IMG/VR virus record: IMGVR_UViG_3300027747_004779
Coordinates: 93,858-157,857 of that record
Length of the DNA: 64,000 nt
Direction: 5' to 3' (one strand)
Origin: a virus
The notes under the pieces were generated by a model. It was not told the DNA's origin. It was given only the letters and a program-made list of their open reading frames with translations, and did no database searches. The position numbers were made by a program, and so were the translations under genes. Each line of letters opens with the position of its first letter. Position 1 is the stretch's first letter. Positions 29,529 through 39,860 of the stretch are shown here, one piece after another.

Positions 29529-31334
29529 ATGGCAAACCAGGATTCAAATAGAGAAAGTACATTCGGCAGAGACTTAATGAAGTTTGTTTCTTCGAAATTA
29601 CCCTATCAGTCTCTTAATATTGAAGATAAGATTAACTCGCTTAATCCAAAGTACGAGGAATTCTTTGATAAAGGTACAAAACGCGAAGAAGCATTGTCCA
29701 GACAATCGATTTCTTCATCGCTAGCTTTCACAGATGATTTATATGCCAATGTAATTCAGAATAAAGATTATCATAACTACATGTATGCAAACTTGCAGCC
29801 TGATAAAGGTCGCAGGTTAATGGATTATAGAGTAATGGCGGCTTTCTCTGAAGTTGCAGATGCATTAGATGAAATATGCGATGAATTTATTAACAAGGAT
29901 GATAACGGTGAAATTGTTAAACTAAGACTAAAAACAGATGCGCTTTCTGAAGAGCAGAAAGAAAAGCTTAAAAAAGAATTTCAAAAGTATATTAGTTACT
30001 TTGACCTTGAAAATAAAGGTTGGGAGTACTTGAGACAGCTCTTAGTTGATTCTGAGTTATACTTTGAACATATTGTTCATAAGAAATATCCTCAAGAAGG
30101 TATTCTTGGTGTTGTTGCTATTCCACCCGACCTTATTGACCCAATCTTTGAAAATGTACAAAACCAGATTGTAAGAGGTTATTTGTTGCGTAAAAATATT
30201 TACGATGCTAAGAACCCTGGCAAAGTATCAAAAGTCGAGCTCGTACCGATGGATGTTAATCAAGTTACATACATTAATTCAGGCATATGGAATGAGTCAA
30301 AGACAGTTAGACTTCCGTTCATAGAAAATGCTAGAAGAGCTTACAGACAGCTATCACTTATTGAAGATGCGATCGTAATTTATCGTTTAGTCCGTGCACC
30401 AGAGCGTTTGGTTTTTAACGTAGATGTAGGTAATATGCCCCCACCTAAGGCAGAAGCATATCTACGCAAATTAATGACAAATTACTGGTCAAAAAGAACT
30501 TATGATGCTGATCAAGGTGCATCAGTACAGAAATTTAATCCACAATCAATGCTCGATAGCTTTTGGTTTGCAAAACGCGCTGGTAGTGAGGGTACAACAG
30601 TTACCCAGTTGCCTGGCGGTGCTAATCTTGGTGAACTTACCGATCTAATGTATTTTGTACAAAAGCTCTACAAGTCGCTTAAAGTACCAGTAACACGTCT
30701 CAATGTTGAGGATGTATTTAAAGATGGAACAGACATTCTTCGCGAAGAGCTAAAATTTGCACGATTTATTATTCGACAACAGCAGCGCTTTGCTTCCGGA
30801 CTTAAGAACGGTTTTGTTACACATCTCAAGCTAAAAAAGTTTTGGGAAGAATATAAACTTAAAGAAGCAGAAATTGATATTACGCTTAATGTACCAACAA
30901 ACTTTTATGAGCTTAGAGAAAATCAGAAGTTCCAGCTTAAAGCAGAAAACTTTAATTCTATTACACAAAGCGATCTTGTTTCTAAAACATATGCACAGAA
31001 AAAATATCTTGGCTGGACAGATACCGATCTTATGGCTAATAGAGAGTTTTTAAGAAAAGACAGAGAACTACTTTGGGAGTTAGATCAAATTACAAATGGT
31101 GGACCAAATTGGAGAGAGCAAGGCGCTGTAGCGCCTGGTCAAGGGCCTGAAGCAGGAGCCGGAGGAGCAGGAGGCGGTACAGCAGGTGGTGGAGGATCAA
31201 GATTACCACCAGAATTTGGCCCTGGGCCTGGTGGTGCTGGTGGAGAAGCAGGCGCAGCTACGCCAGCAGCTGGTGGAGGTACGACTTCTAATAGTGCAGC
31301 TGCGGGAGGCGAAACCGCTACTCCCGCGGCATAA
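29529..31334 (+). CDS. gp20: portal protein
   Basis: YRVMA, IEDAIVIYRLVRAPERLVFNVDVGNMP, LPGGANLGE, REELKF. Confidence 0.96.
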   Translation: MANQDSNRESTFGRDLMKFVSSKLPYQSLNIEDKINSLNPKYEEFFDKGTKREEALSRQSISSSLAFTDDLYANVIQNKDYHNYMYANLQPDKGRRLMDYRVMAAFSEVADALDEICDEFINKDDNGEIVKLRLKTDALSEEQKEKLKKEFQKYISYFDLENKGWEYLRQLLVDSELYFEHIVHKKYPQEGILGVVAIPPDLIDPIFENVQNQIVRGYLLRKNIYDAKNPGKVSKVELVPMDVNQVTYINSGIWNESKTVRLPFIENARRAYRQLSLIEDAIVIYRLVRAPERLVFNVDVGNMPPPKAEAYLRKLMTNYWSKRTYDADQGASVQKFNPQSMLDSFWFAKRAGSEGTTVTQLPGGANLGELTDLMYFVQKLYKSLKVPVTRLNVEDVFKDGTDILREELKFARFIIRQQQRFASGLKNGFVTHLKLKKFWEEYKLKEAEIDITLNVPTNFYELRENQKFQLKAENFNSITQSDLVSKTYAQKKYLGWTDTDLMANREFLRKDRELLWELDQITNGGPNWREQGAVAPGQGPEAGAGGAGGGTAGGGGSRLPPEFGPGPGGAGGEAGAATPAAGGGTTSNSAAAGGETATPAA

Positions 31335-31360
31335 CCCGCTAAATTAATTAAATAATAGTT

Positions 31361-33445
31361 ATGGCTGTATATTATCCATCTTTTGATAATTACAGACGCG
31401 CACAAATTCGTCAAAAACAACTCTTACACACTGATTATAAAACAGTTATACAAGAAGGTATTGGTGTAGGGGCTATTCCAGCAGTAAACACTTCGCCTAC
31501 ACCAACGCCTACCCAAACAATAACGCCTTCATTAACTCCTTCATTAACTAACACACAAACACCGACATTAACACCCACTATTACGCAAACAATAACACCA
31601 ACAACAACACAAACAGCTACACCTTCTGAGACGCCCACGAATACACCAACACAAACACCTACGTTGACTCTTACACAAACACCCACTGTAACCAAGACAT
31701 CTACTATAACACCGACACAAACGCCCACAGTAACACCAACAATAACCCAAACACCAACCATTACACCAAATTTGGTAACGGTATATTATTATTCCGATTC
31801 TACAACATCTTTCAGCATGGATACTACATTAACAAGTACAAGTCGCGATACTAATAAAACTCTGATTGCAGTTAATATTGGGAGTGTAGTAACTAGTATT
31901 GGTACTGCTTTTGTTAATTGTACAGAGCTTACTGATATTATTATTCCTAGCAATGTGACTATTATTGAGTATGGTGCATTCCAAGGCTGTACCGGTCTAA
32001 CTAGTGTTACCATTCCTAGCAGTGTGACGGCCATTGGGTCTTATATGTTTTTTTATTGCACTAACTTAGTTAGTGTATATTTCTTAGGCGATGCTCCTAC
32101 TGGGGGATTTGGAGCGTTTGAAGGTACAACGTGCACAGTGTATTATTGTTCAGATAAAGTTAACTTTACCAACCCATTCCTAGACCGGCCTGCGGTCGCT
32201 ATTACATGTGGCATTAATACACGTACACCTACCCCAACACCTACTTCAACACCAACACCTACACAGACTCTTACTCCCTCAATAGGGTCATCACCTACTC
32301 CTACAAATACACTTACACAGACACCAACACCGTCAGTTACACCCACTATTACTCAAACACCGACAAATACACCTACACAGACACAGACCTCCTCTGTAAC
32401 ACCAACACAAACACCTTCAGTCACACAAACCACCACAGTAACACCTACCAATACCATATCGCCTACACCAACCAACACTTCGACATTAACCCCTACACCC
32501 ACACAGACACCTACTCTAACAGTTACACCCTCTGTAACGCCTACGAATACACAAACATCGACCAATACACCAACCAATACACCTACAGTAACACCTACTG
32601 TCACAGTAACCAACACGCCTACTATGACATTAACACCAACCACTCCACCATATACTATTAGTTATCTCATAGTAGCGGGCGGAGGAGGAGGCTCAAACGG
32701 TGGAGGCGGTGGCGGGGCAGGCGGTGTATTAACATCATCCATACAAGTCTATCCTAATGCAGCATATAGTTTTGTAGTTGGAGCTAGCGCTATAGGTAGA
32801 ACCGATGGTTCAAATATTCTCGATAGTGTAGGAAAAAATAGTATAGCATTTGGCTTAACAGCAATTGGTGGAGGCACATCATATGGTGTGTTAAACGCAG
32901 CAATTAGCGGCGGTAGCGGATCTGGATCTGAAATGTATAATACCATCCAAGGTCAGGGAACATTAGGACAAGGAAACAGTGGCGGTGATGGTGGATATAC
33001 TGGTGGCGGGGGTGGAGCAGGTGCACCAGGAGGATGGAGCATAGGGTTTTCACAACCAGGCGGTAATGGAGGTATAGGTATAATTAACCCTATAGCAGGT
33101 TCAACAGTGGGTCAGCTTTCTGCAGGTAATTATTGGATTGGTGGTGGTGGAGGTGGTGGGTGTAATAATAACAACATTGGAGGTAAAGGTGGCCTAGGTG
33201 GTGGCGGCGTAGGTAAAGCAGACAATACTAAGGGTGGCAATGGTCTTGCAAACACCGGTGGTGGTGGAGGTGGTACATCAGGTTATTCCGGAAGCCCGGG
33301 TGGCGGTAATGGTGGATCAGGTGCTATAGTTTTGTCTATACCTACTTCACGCTATACAGGTATTTTTACAGGAGCACCACAAGTACTTACATATGGTTCA
33401 AATACAATTTTACAGTATTTGACATCCGGAAGCTACACAGCATAA
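31361..33445 (+). CDS. Thr/Pro-repeat virion protein with BspA-type LRR and Gly-rich C-terminal domain
   Basis: Two TPT tracts; IP.SVT.I..AF.GC..L repeats; GGGGG domain ending GSGAIV. Confidence 0.75.
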   Translation: MAVYYPSFDNYRRAQIRQKQLLHTDYKTVIQEGIGVGAIPAVNTSPTPTPTQTITPSLTPSLTNTQTPTLTPTITQTITPTTTQTATPSETPTNTPTQTPTLTLTQTPTVTKTSTITPTQTPTVTPTITQTPTITPNLVTVYYYSDSTTSFSMDTTLTSTSRDTNKTLIAVNIGSVVTSIGTAFVNCTELTDIIIPSNVTIIEYGAFQGCTGLTSVTIPSSVTAIGSYMFFYCTNLVSVYFLGDAPTGGFGAFEGTTCTVYYCSDKVNFTNPFLDRPAVAITCGINTRTPTPTPTSTPTPTQTLTPSIGSSPTPTNTLTQTPTPSVTPTITQTPTNTPTQTQTSSVTPTQTPSVTQTTTVTPTNTISPTPTNTSTLTPTPTQTPTLTVTPSVTPTNTQTSTNTPTNTPTVTPTVTVTNTPTMTLTPTTPPYTISYLIVAGGGGGSNGGGGGGAGGVLTSSIQVYPNAAYSFVVGASAIGRTDGSNILDSVGKNSIAFGLTAIGGGTSYGVLNAAISGGSGSGSEMYNTIQGQGTLGQGNSGGDGGYTGGGGGAGAPGGWSIGFSQPGGNGGIGIINPIAGSTVGQLSAGNYWIGGGGGGGCNNNNIGGKGGLGGGGVGKADNTKGGNGLANTGGGGGGTSGYSGSPGGGNGGSGAIVLSIPTSRYTGIFTGAPQVLTYGSNTILQYLTSGSYTA
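31488..32650 (+). repeat. degenerate Thr-Pro coding repeats (about 31488-31770 and 32218-32650)
   Basis: ACN/CCN-rich tracts encoding TPTxT. Confidence 0.85.
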
Positions 33446-33495
33446 TATTATAACTCTAGTTGTATATTTTAACGATAATAAATTAAATAATATAT

Positions 33496-34572
33496 ATGGA
33501 CTGTTCTGCAATTACACCTATAACAGCGTTTCAAAGCACTAATCTTAATAGTAAGATAGATACATTTTCACGCCTTGGAGATAGAATTACACGTAGCCTT
33601 GGCGCGCCATTAATTAATCTGGAACTGCATCATGATCAATTATTTGAAAATATTTCTATAGCTTGTGAGATGTTTGCAAGATATGCAGGATATACAGAAG
33701 AAATTTTAGTTTTTGATTCCAATTTATATGTAGACGGTAAGGGAATTAAGATGGATGAGTTGTTTAGTATTACCCCGTTTTTTAATAAAACGATTACACC
33801 ATCTAAAACAGTTTACGCTGCAACATCATCAATTACTAGTAGTGTCTTTACCTCGTCAACTACACTATCAAGCATATATTCCGACGGCATCTTTAACAAT
33901 CAAATCTTAACTACATCAAGCTATCTTAGCGTAATTAATTTTAACGGTACATTAGCACAATATTTTAGTCCATCATCTAATAGTCAAGAGAAGTTCGTTA
34001 ATAGTTTTGACTATGATATAATGGATTATAGAAAAGTAATCGATGTTATTGACTTCGAAGAAGGAAGCTCTGACGGTGTTAATACCTTGTTTACTATTGA
34101 ACAAACACTAGCACAGCAAACATATTTTAGCTATGCGATGGGTAATTATGGTTTTGATCTTATTAGCTGGTATACACTTAAGAATTGGTTGGAAGTACGT
34201 GAAAAATTACTTGCAACGCGTAGGTATTATACTTTCGATGATAGGACTCAGTATCTTGTTTTCTTCCCACCACCTCGTACACCGGGATCAGGAAGCCGTT
34301 TCTACGGTGCAATGCCATGCTATGTTGAAAGACCTTTAAGGGATATTATTAAAGAGCCTTGGGTATATCAGTATGCACTTGCATTAAGCAAAATTTCAGT
34401 AGGCAATGTACGAGGTAAATATACCGGTACAACACTCTTTGGAGGGGGACAAATCAATTATACTGATCTTCTTTCGCAGGGACTTGCAGAAAAAGAAAAG
34501 CTCGAACAAAAGCTCTACGAAGGTGCACCGGGACTAGGCGCTGCAGCGCCACCACAGTTCTTTGTTGGATAA
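33496..34572 (+). CDS. gp13: gp13-like neck protein
   Basis: LGAPLINLEL..QL; WVYQYALA..K...RGKY.G.TL.GG. Confidence 0.85.
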   Translation: MDCSAITPITAFQSTNLNSKIDTFSRLGDRITRSLGAPLINLELHHDQLFENISIACEMFARYAGYTEEILVFDSNLYVDGKGIKMDELFSITPFFNKTITPSKTVYAATSSITSSVFTSSTTLSSIYSDGIFNNQILTTSSYLSVINFNGTLAQYFSPSSNSQEKFVNSFDYDIMDYRKVIDVIDFEEGSSDGVNTLFTIEQTLAQQTYFSYAMGNYGFDLISWYTLKNWLEVREKLLATRRYYTFDDRTQYLVFFPPPRTPGSGSRFYGAMPCYVERPLRDIIKEPWVYQYALALSKISVGNVRGKYTGTTLFGGGQINYTDLLSQGLAEKEKLEQKLYEGAPGLGAAAPPQFFVG

Positions 34573-35030
34573 TGATTCCGTTAAACAAAACAGACAAATA
34601 TAGACAAGGTCTTTTTAGACCGAGAAATGTATCAAAATACGTTGGACGTAATCCGCCAGTTTATAGATCGGGTTGGGAATTAAAGTTTTTTAGATGGTGT
34701 GATGAAAATACTAATGTCCTTGAATGGGCTAGTGAAGCAATTGTTATACCGTATATTAACCCTATTGATGGTAAAGCACATAGATATATTACCGATGGTG
34801 TTGTTGTAATAAAAGAAGCGGATAAGGTTAGTAAATATATTATAGAAATTAAACCAAGCGATCAGTTATTACAGCCTGTTGCCGGAAAAAAGAAGAATAG
34901 TACTGTCATTTATGAGAATAAACGATATATACAGAATATGGCTAAGTGGAAAGCTGCTAAAACATGGTGTGACAAAAGAAATTACAAATTCTTAATTTTG
35001 ACAGAAAAGGAATTAGGTCTAAATAAATAG
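34572..35030 (+). CDS. gp4: gp4-like head completion nuclease
   Basis: YRSGWE, WCD, WASE..IPY, EIKP, KW.AA, LTE. Confidence 0.9.
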   Translation: MIPLNKTDKYRQGLFRPRNVSKYVGRNPPVYRSGWELKFFRWCDENTNVLEWASEAIVIPYINPIDGKAHRYITDGVVVIKEADKVSKYIIEIKPSDQLLQPVAGKKKNSTVIYENKRYIQNMAKWKAAKTWCDKRNYKFLILTEKELGLNK

Positions 35031-35053
35031 ACATCTAAATAATAAATAATAAT

Positions 35054-35725
35054 ATGGCTTTACGTCTATTAGTCGAAACACCGGCTCCGGAAGAGCAATT
35101 TGAATATATACTAGAAGAAAAAAATTCTAAAGAGCCAGCACGTCTTTGTATTCAAGGACCTTACATGGTCTGTAATGAAGTAAATAAAAATCAAAGAATT
35201 TATGAAAAGTCAGATATGGAGCGCGAAGTTAATCGTTACATTAAAGAGATGGTTAATTCTAAGCGCGCCATGGGTGAATTAAATCATCCTACATCTGCTG
35301 AAGTTAATCTCGAAAGAGCTTGTCATATAGTAACTAATCTAAAGCTAGAAGGTAATTATGTTATCGGTAAGTCACAAGTGCTCTCTACACCGATGGGACA
35401 AATTGTTCGCTCTCTTATTAATGACGGGGTTAAAGTTGGTATGTCAAGCCGCGCTCTTGGTAAGTTAAACGAAGAAGCTGGCGGTGTTAATCGCGTTACC
35501 GATATGCGCCTTATTGCTGTTGATTGTGTTGCAGATCCATCGTGCCCCAAAGCCTTTGTTAACGGTATTCTTGAGAGTAAGCAGTATGTACTCGCTGCCG
35601 ATGGCCAGCTAGAAGAAGTATTTGAGCGTTTTGAGAATGCACTTAAAAATTTACCTGGTAAGGAAATACAAACATATCTTAAAGAGCAAATTCTTTCTTT
35701 CTTTAGGCATTTAAAGACTAACTAA
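35054..35725 (+). CDS. gp21: prohead core protease
   Basis: NKNQRIY, GELNHP, GMSSRALG, VADPS. Confidence 0.95.
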   Translation: MALRLLVETPAPEEQFEYILEEKNSKEPARLCIQGPYMVCNEVNKNQRIYEKSDMEREVNRYIKEMVNSKRAMGELNHPTSAEVNLERACHIVTNLKLEGNYVIGKSQVLSTPMGQIVRSLINDGVKVGMSSRALGKLNEEAGGVNRVTDMRLIAVDCVADPSCPKAFVNGILESKQYVLAADGQLEEVFERFENALKNLPGKEIQTYLKEQILSFFRHLKTN

Positions 35726-35772
35726 ATATGAAAAAAGAGAAGAAAACACTCAAAGGTAAGATAAATAATAAT

Positions 35773-35943
35773 ATGGCCAAGAAAGCTGCTAAAAGCAAGA
35801 TTAATGAAAGTTCAGAAATAGTTAAGTTTTTACGCTCAATTTCTCAAAAAAATTATTCCGAGGCCAATAAATATTTACAGAACGTTATCGAATCGAAGCT
35901 TAAAGCTAAGATGGCTAACGCTCTAAAAGAAAACATTTTTTAA
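35773..35943 (+). CDS. small prohead core protein (gp67/68-like)
   Basis: ATG 5 nt after ATAAATA; lies between protease and scaffold. Confidence 0.5.
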   Translation: MAKKAAKSKINESSEIVKFLRSISQKNYSEANKYLQNVIESKLKAKMANALKENIF

Positions 35944-35944
35944 T

Positions 35945-36835
35945 ATGGAAAACAACAACAATATATCAAGCGTTCTTAGAGAAGCAACCAAAGACATTCT
36001 TACAGAGGATGTTCTTAAGGAAATCGAAGCCGCTTTTAATAGTACAGTAAATGAAAGAGTACAATTACATGTTGAGAAAGCTTTATCAGAACAAGATGCT
36101 GATTATTCAAAGAAGCTCGAAACACTTGTTGAAGCTATCGATACTGATCATACAGATAAGCTCAAAAAAGTTGTTGAAGCTATTGATGCTGATCGCGCTG
36201 AGAAGCTTAAGACTGTTGTTGAAAAATACGAGGCAGCGCTAAACAAAGAAGCCGCTGCATTTAAATCTTCTATGGTAGACAAAGTAAGTAAGTTCCTCGA
36301 TCTTTATATTGATGAGAAATTACCTACTACTGCTATTAATGAAGCTGTGAAGAACAAGAGAGCTGTTGGGCTTCTCGAAGATCTTCGCAAGGTTCTTTCT
36401 GTTGACATGATTCTCGCGAAAGATAATATTCGTGATGCTATTGTTGATGGAAAGACAAAAATTGATGAAGCTGCTAGTCAGCTTGAAGCCGCTAATAAGC
36501 AGGTTACAAAGTTAACTGAAGAGAATAAGAAGTTAACTTCTAAGATTGTCTTAGAAGAAAAGATTTCTAATCTCGATGAAGACGAAAAGACTTATATGAA
36601 GAAAATGCTTAATGGTAAGTCTGCAGAATTCATTAAAGAAAACTTTGATTACACACTCAATTTATTTGAGAAAACTGAAGAAGAGCGGCTTTCGAATCTT
36701 AAAACAGAAGCCGTAACAGAATCTGTATCAACCACAGTTGATAGACCTGTTATTGAAGAGAAGGTTTCTGAGCCCGTTAATGAAGAAGTTGCCCCTGCGT
36801 TTGGCCTCTACATGAGCGAGCTTAAAAAATACTAA
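35945..36835 (+). CDS. gp22: prohead scaffolding protein
   Basis: Acidic coiled coil directly upstream of the capsid gene; ends YMSELKKY. Confidence 0.85.
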   Translation: MENNNNISSVLREATKDILTEDVLKEIEAAFNSTVNERVQLHVEKALSEQDADYSKKLETLVEAIDTDHTDKLKKVVEAIDADRAEKLKTVVEKYEAALNKEAAAFKSSMVDKVSKFLDLYIDEKLPTTAINEAVKNKRAVGLLEDLRKVLSVDMILAKDNIRDAIVDGKTKIDEAASQLEAANKQVTKLTEENKKLTSKIVLEEKISNLDEDEKTYMKKMLNGKSAEFIKENFDYTLNLFEKTEEERLSNLKTEAVTESVSTTVDRPVIEEKVSEPVNEEVAPAFGLYMSELKKY

Positions 36836-36918
36836 TTTTTTAATAAAGATTTAATTGAGGGCTTTGCCCCTGAATAGTTTATAAAAGGTCGACAAGTTAC
36901 ATAGGAAATTATTATTAT

Positions 36919-38424
36919 ATGTCAAAACAAATTCGTCCTACACAGGCTTACATCGATGAGTCTCGCGCGAAAGTATTGCTCGAAAAATGGGGTCCAGTAT
37001 TGGATTACTCTTCGAACAATGTTGCCGCGATTGAAGATGATCACACTCGTTTGAACACCGCCATCCTTTTGGAAAACCAAGAGAAGTGGTGTTTCGAGGC
37101 AAGCAATATTGCTGGAAGTTCAAGTTCTGTTTTCAATGCTACAGGCACTGGTAACCCCAATGTCGGTAACTACGGAAATCAGTTCCCTTCCCAGAATGAT
37201 AGCGCTTATGCTCCTAACGATTCGCGTCTTCCGAAGATTCTAATCCCGATGATCCGCCGTACGTTCCCTGAGTTGATTACTAACGAAATCGTTGGTGTTC
37301 AGCCCATGAGCGGTCCTGTAGGTCTCGCTTTTGCTCTACGTTATAAGTACGAAGGTTCTGCTCTCGGTGCTACTAATGCAAAAGGTCTTGATGGCTCTCT
37401 AGCCTCAGGAGCTCTCGCTGGTGGTCCTCAGAGTCAGTCCTCTGGTGCCGAATTAGGTTATCAATACCTCGATTCACGCTTTACTGGCGTTTCTTCTGCT
37501 GCCCTCTCGGGTAACAGTTTCTTCTCCGTACAGGCTCAGGATCAAGGTGTTGCTCAGTTGCTAGCCAACTTTGAGTTAACCTCAAACATTCCCCAGGTCG
37601 TAGTTAGCTTCGAAAAGACAGCCGTTGAGGCTGGTACTCGTAGGCTCGCCGCCCGCTGGTCTGTTGAACTCGAGCAGGATCTTAAGAACATGAACGGCAT
37701 TGATATCGATACCGAACTCACCAACGCTATGTCGTATGAGTTGCAGGCCGAAATCGACCGTGAAATGATCATTCGTATGATCCAGACAGCCCTAAACGCT
37801 GGCTTAGGAACAGGCTTCTCAGTCTGGTCCCCTGCCTCCGCAGACGGCCGTTGGCTCGTTGAGCGCAATCGCGACTTCTATCAGAGACTAATTGTTGAAG
37901 CTAACAGAATTGCTGTCCGTAACCGCCGTGGTTCGGCTAATTTCATCGTCGCTACACCTCGTGTATGCGCAATCCTTGAAATGTTGCCCGAATTCCAGTG
38001 GGTACCGGTCCAGGGTAATGTTAACACCCAACCCGTTGGCGTCGCCAAGGTAGGTTCACTTGCTGGTCGTTTTAACGTATACCGCGATACACGTACAGAA
38101 GCACAGGCTGAAGCTAACGCCGGAGGAAACTTCGGTGGTAACGGTGGGTTCCCCGCTGGTACAACACGCACAACCCGTCTCGAGTACGCTCTCCTTGGTT
38201 ACAAGGGTCCGGAATTCTACGACACTGGTATCATCTATTGTCCGTATATTCCGGTAATGGTTCAGAGAACTATTGGTCCTAATGATTTTGCTCCTCGTGT
38301 TGGTCTATTAACCCGTTATGGCGTTGTAGATAACATCTTTGGTGCAAATCTTTACTACCACGTAATTATCTTGACCGGTCTCGGTGTTGCGTTTACACCC
38401 GGCACACAATCAGTCTACTTCTAA
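36919..38424 (+). CDS. gp23: major capsid protein
   Basis: LLEKW.PVL, LLENQ, GVQPMSGPVGLAFALR, ELEQDLK, YCPYIP, TRYG. Confidence 0.97.
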   Translation: MSKQIRPTQAYIDESRAKVLLEKWGPVLDYSSNNVAAIEDDHTRLNTAILLENQEKWCFEASNIAGSSSSVFNATGTGNPNVGNYGNQFPSQNDSAYAPNDSRLPKILIPMIRRTFPELITNEIVGVQPMSGPVGLAFALRYKYEGSALGATNAKGLDGSLASGALAGGPQSQSSGAELGYQYLDSRFTGVSSAALSGNSFFSVQAQDQGVAQLLANFELTSNIPQVVVSFEKTAVEAGTRRLAARWSVELEQDLKNMNGIDIDTELTNAMSYELQAEIDREMIIRMIQTALNAGLGTGFSVWSPASADGRWLVERNRDFYQRLIVEANRIAVRNRRGSANFIVATPRVCAILEMLPEFQWVPVQGNVNTQPVGVAKVGSLAGRFNVYRDTRTEAQAEANAGGNFGGNGGFPAGTTRTTRLEYALLGYKGPEFYDTGIIYCPYIPVMVQRTIGPNDFAPRVGLLTRYGVVDNIFGANLYYHVIILTGLGVAFTPGTQSVYF

Positions 38425-38482
38425 AAAAAGTAGTCGGGATATAAAAAGAAACCATTTTCACCTAGTCCGTCCTAGGAAATTT

Positions 38483-38516
38483 AAAAAAGGGCCTCTTGCG
38501 GGGCCCTTTTTTTTTT
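38483..38516 (+). terminator. intrinsic terminator after gp23
   Basis: AAAAAAGGGCCTC-TTGC-GGGGCCC-T11. Confidence 0.9.
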
Positions 38517-38558
38517 GGGTTGTCATAAAAAAATATATGTAAAAGAATAAATATTTGT

Positions 38559-38939
38559 ATGGCAACAAAAGTATTTTCTAATCAAGTAGCAGATCCAGCA
38601 GCTACATTTCCTACATCTTTAAACCTCTCACTAACGTCAAATGGTGTTGATTTGCAAACATTAGGTAGTAATGCAAAAAGCTTGTTGTTTAATGCAGTTT
38701 CTCCATTAGCAGGTTCAACAACAACATGTTCTGTAACTGCTAATAATATAAAGACAGTCTTTAGAGCAGATAATAACTATAACGGCGGTGTATTTGCTTT
38801 ACAGCTAAATGACGGTACATCATATACATTCACATTAGCAACTGCTACGCCAAATGCACAGACTTTAACTTTAAATAATTACGATTCTGTAAGTCCTGAA
38901 AAGCTCCGTAAGTGGGGCCAAGAAAACGGCGGCTTCTAA
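38559..38939 (+). CDS. late virion protein, possible capsid decoration protein
   Basis: Own ATAAATA promoter; beta-rich; follows gp23. Confidence 0.5.
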   Translation: MATKVFSNQVADPAATFPTSLNLSLTSNGVDLQTLGSNAKSLLFNAVSPLAGSTTTCSVTANNIKTVFRADNNYNGGVFALQLNDGTSYTFTLATATPNAQTLTLNNYDSVSPEKLRKWGQENGGF

Positions 38940-39860
38940 TTATTGCCGTACAGTCTTCGGAAAATACTTAAACTTATCCCACATAGCATGATTCTGTTTT
39001 AATAGCTCTTGGCTATTAGCTCTAATAGGATTAATGTCAATACCGCCTCGTCTAACGTATAAGCACGATACCATCAGTTCTTCTGGTTTAACTAAATCAT
39101 ATAACCGTTTGTATATAGTCTCACAAATCTCTTCATGAAAATGACATTCATCTCTAAATGAGACAATGTACTGTAATAACGAGGTTTGATTAAGCTGATA
39201 AGGTCCTTTATAATGAATATAAACGTCCCCCCAATCCGGTTGAGATGTGACCCTGCAATTACTCTTTAAAAGAGCTGAATGAAAGCGTTGCACTTTATTA
39301 GAATCACCTTCTGTCCAACCAAGCAAAGAAGGATCTTCCTTATAGCCGCGGGATTTAATTGACGTAACGTCAATATTATTTTCCAATGTAGGGTAGTTAG
39401 CGCTAGAAAACAAAGGCGGATAATACATCGCGTCATCAATAGCTTTTGTTAGTTTAACACATACTCTAACTTCTGTTTCTAATAGTTTAGATAAATCATT
39501 CTCCATTACTGCCTCTAGCTGTTGCAATATGCTAATAATATTACCCTGATACGTCTCCATATTAAATGAATTCATATAGAGCTTAATAGACTTTGATTCA
39601 ACAATATATTTGTTAGTAGCCGGATATACAACCTTAGCAATAGCAGCAATTGGCATACCTTCATTGGTTAAACAAGATACTTCATACGCATTCCATACAT
39701 CGTAACCACAAAATGGGGGATTATCATCAGAGATATCTAAATGCTTTCTATTATTCTGTCTTGGCTCGCGAACTAAAAGTGAAGGGTCATAGGTGCATTT
39801 ATACCCTGTTATTTTACCAAGATGCTTTGATATATTACTATTATCTAATTCCGTATTCAT
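38940..39860 (-). CDS. queF: bimodular preQ0 reductase
   Basis: D.WNAYE, VESKSIKLY.NSF (QueF motif), LKSNC.VT.QPDWG, FHEE, RRGGIDINP. Confidence 0.93.
   Translation of the reverse strand: MNTELDNSNISKHLGKITGYKCTYDPSLLVREPRQNNRKHLDISDDNPPFCGYDVWNAYEVSCLTNEGMPIAAIAKVVYPATNKYIVESKSIKLYMNSFNMETYQGNIISILQQLEAVMENDLSKLLETEVRVCVKLTKAIDDAMYYPPLFSSANYPTLENNIDVTSIKSRGYKEDPSLLGWTEGDSNKVQRFHSALLKSNCRVTSQPDWGDVYIHYKGPYQLNQTSLLQYIVSFRDECHFHEEICETIYKRLYDLVKPEELMVSCLYVRRGGIDINPIRANSQELLKQNHAMWDKFKYFPKTVRQ

Noticed and set aside
31435-32946. Val/Gly-rich minus-strand ORFs
   Set aside because: Antisense shadows of Thr/Pro codon repeats
34572-35030. TnsA-like transposase or mobile element
   Set aside because: Motifs and position fit the gp4 head-completion nuclease; no transposon ends seen
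36938-38257. ORFs overlapping gp23, and similar short ORFs inside nrdA, gp5 and the GT genes
   Set aside because: Antisense or alternate-frame shadows of well-supported genes, with no promoter or motif support
38940-39860. QueF-like amidinotransferase (archaeosine pathway)
   Set aside because: It has the ESKSxKLY QueF motif and a bimodular length, so the NADPH reductase making preQ1 fits better
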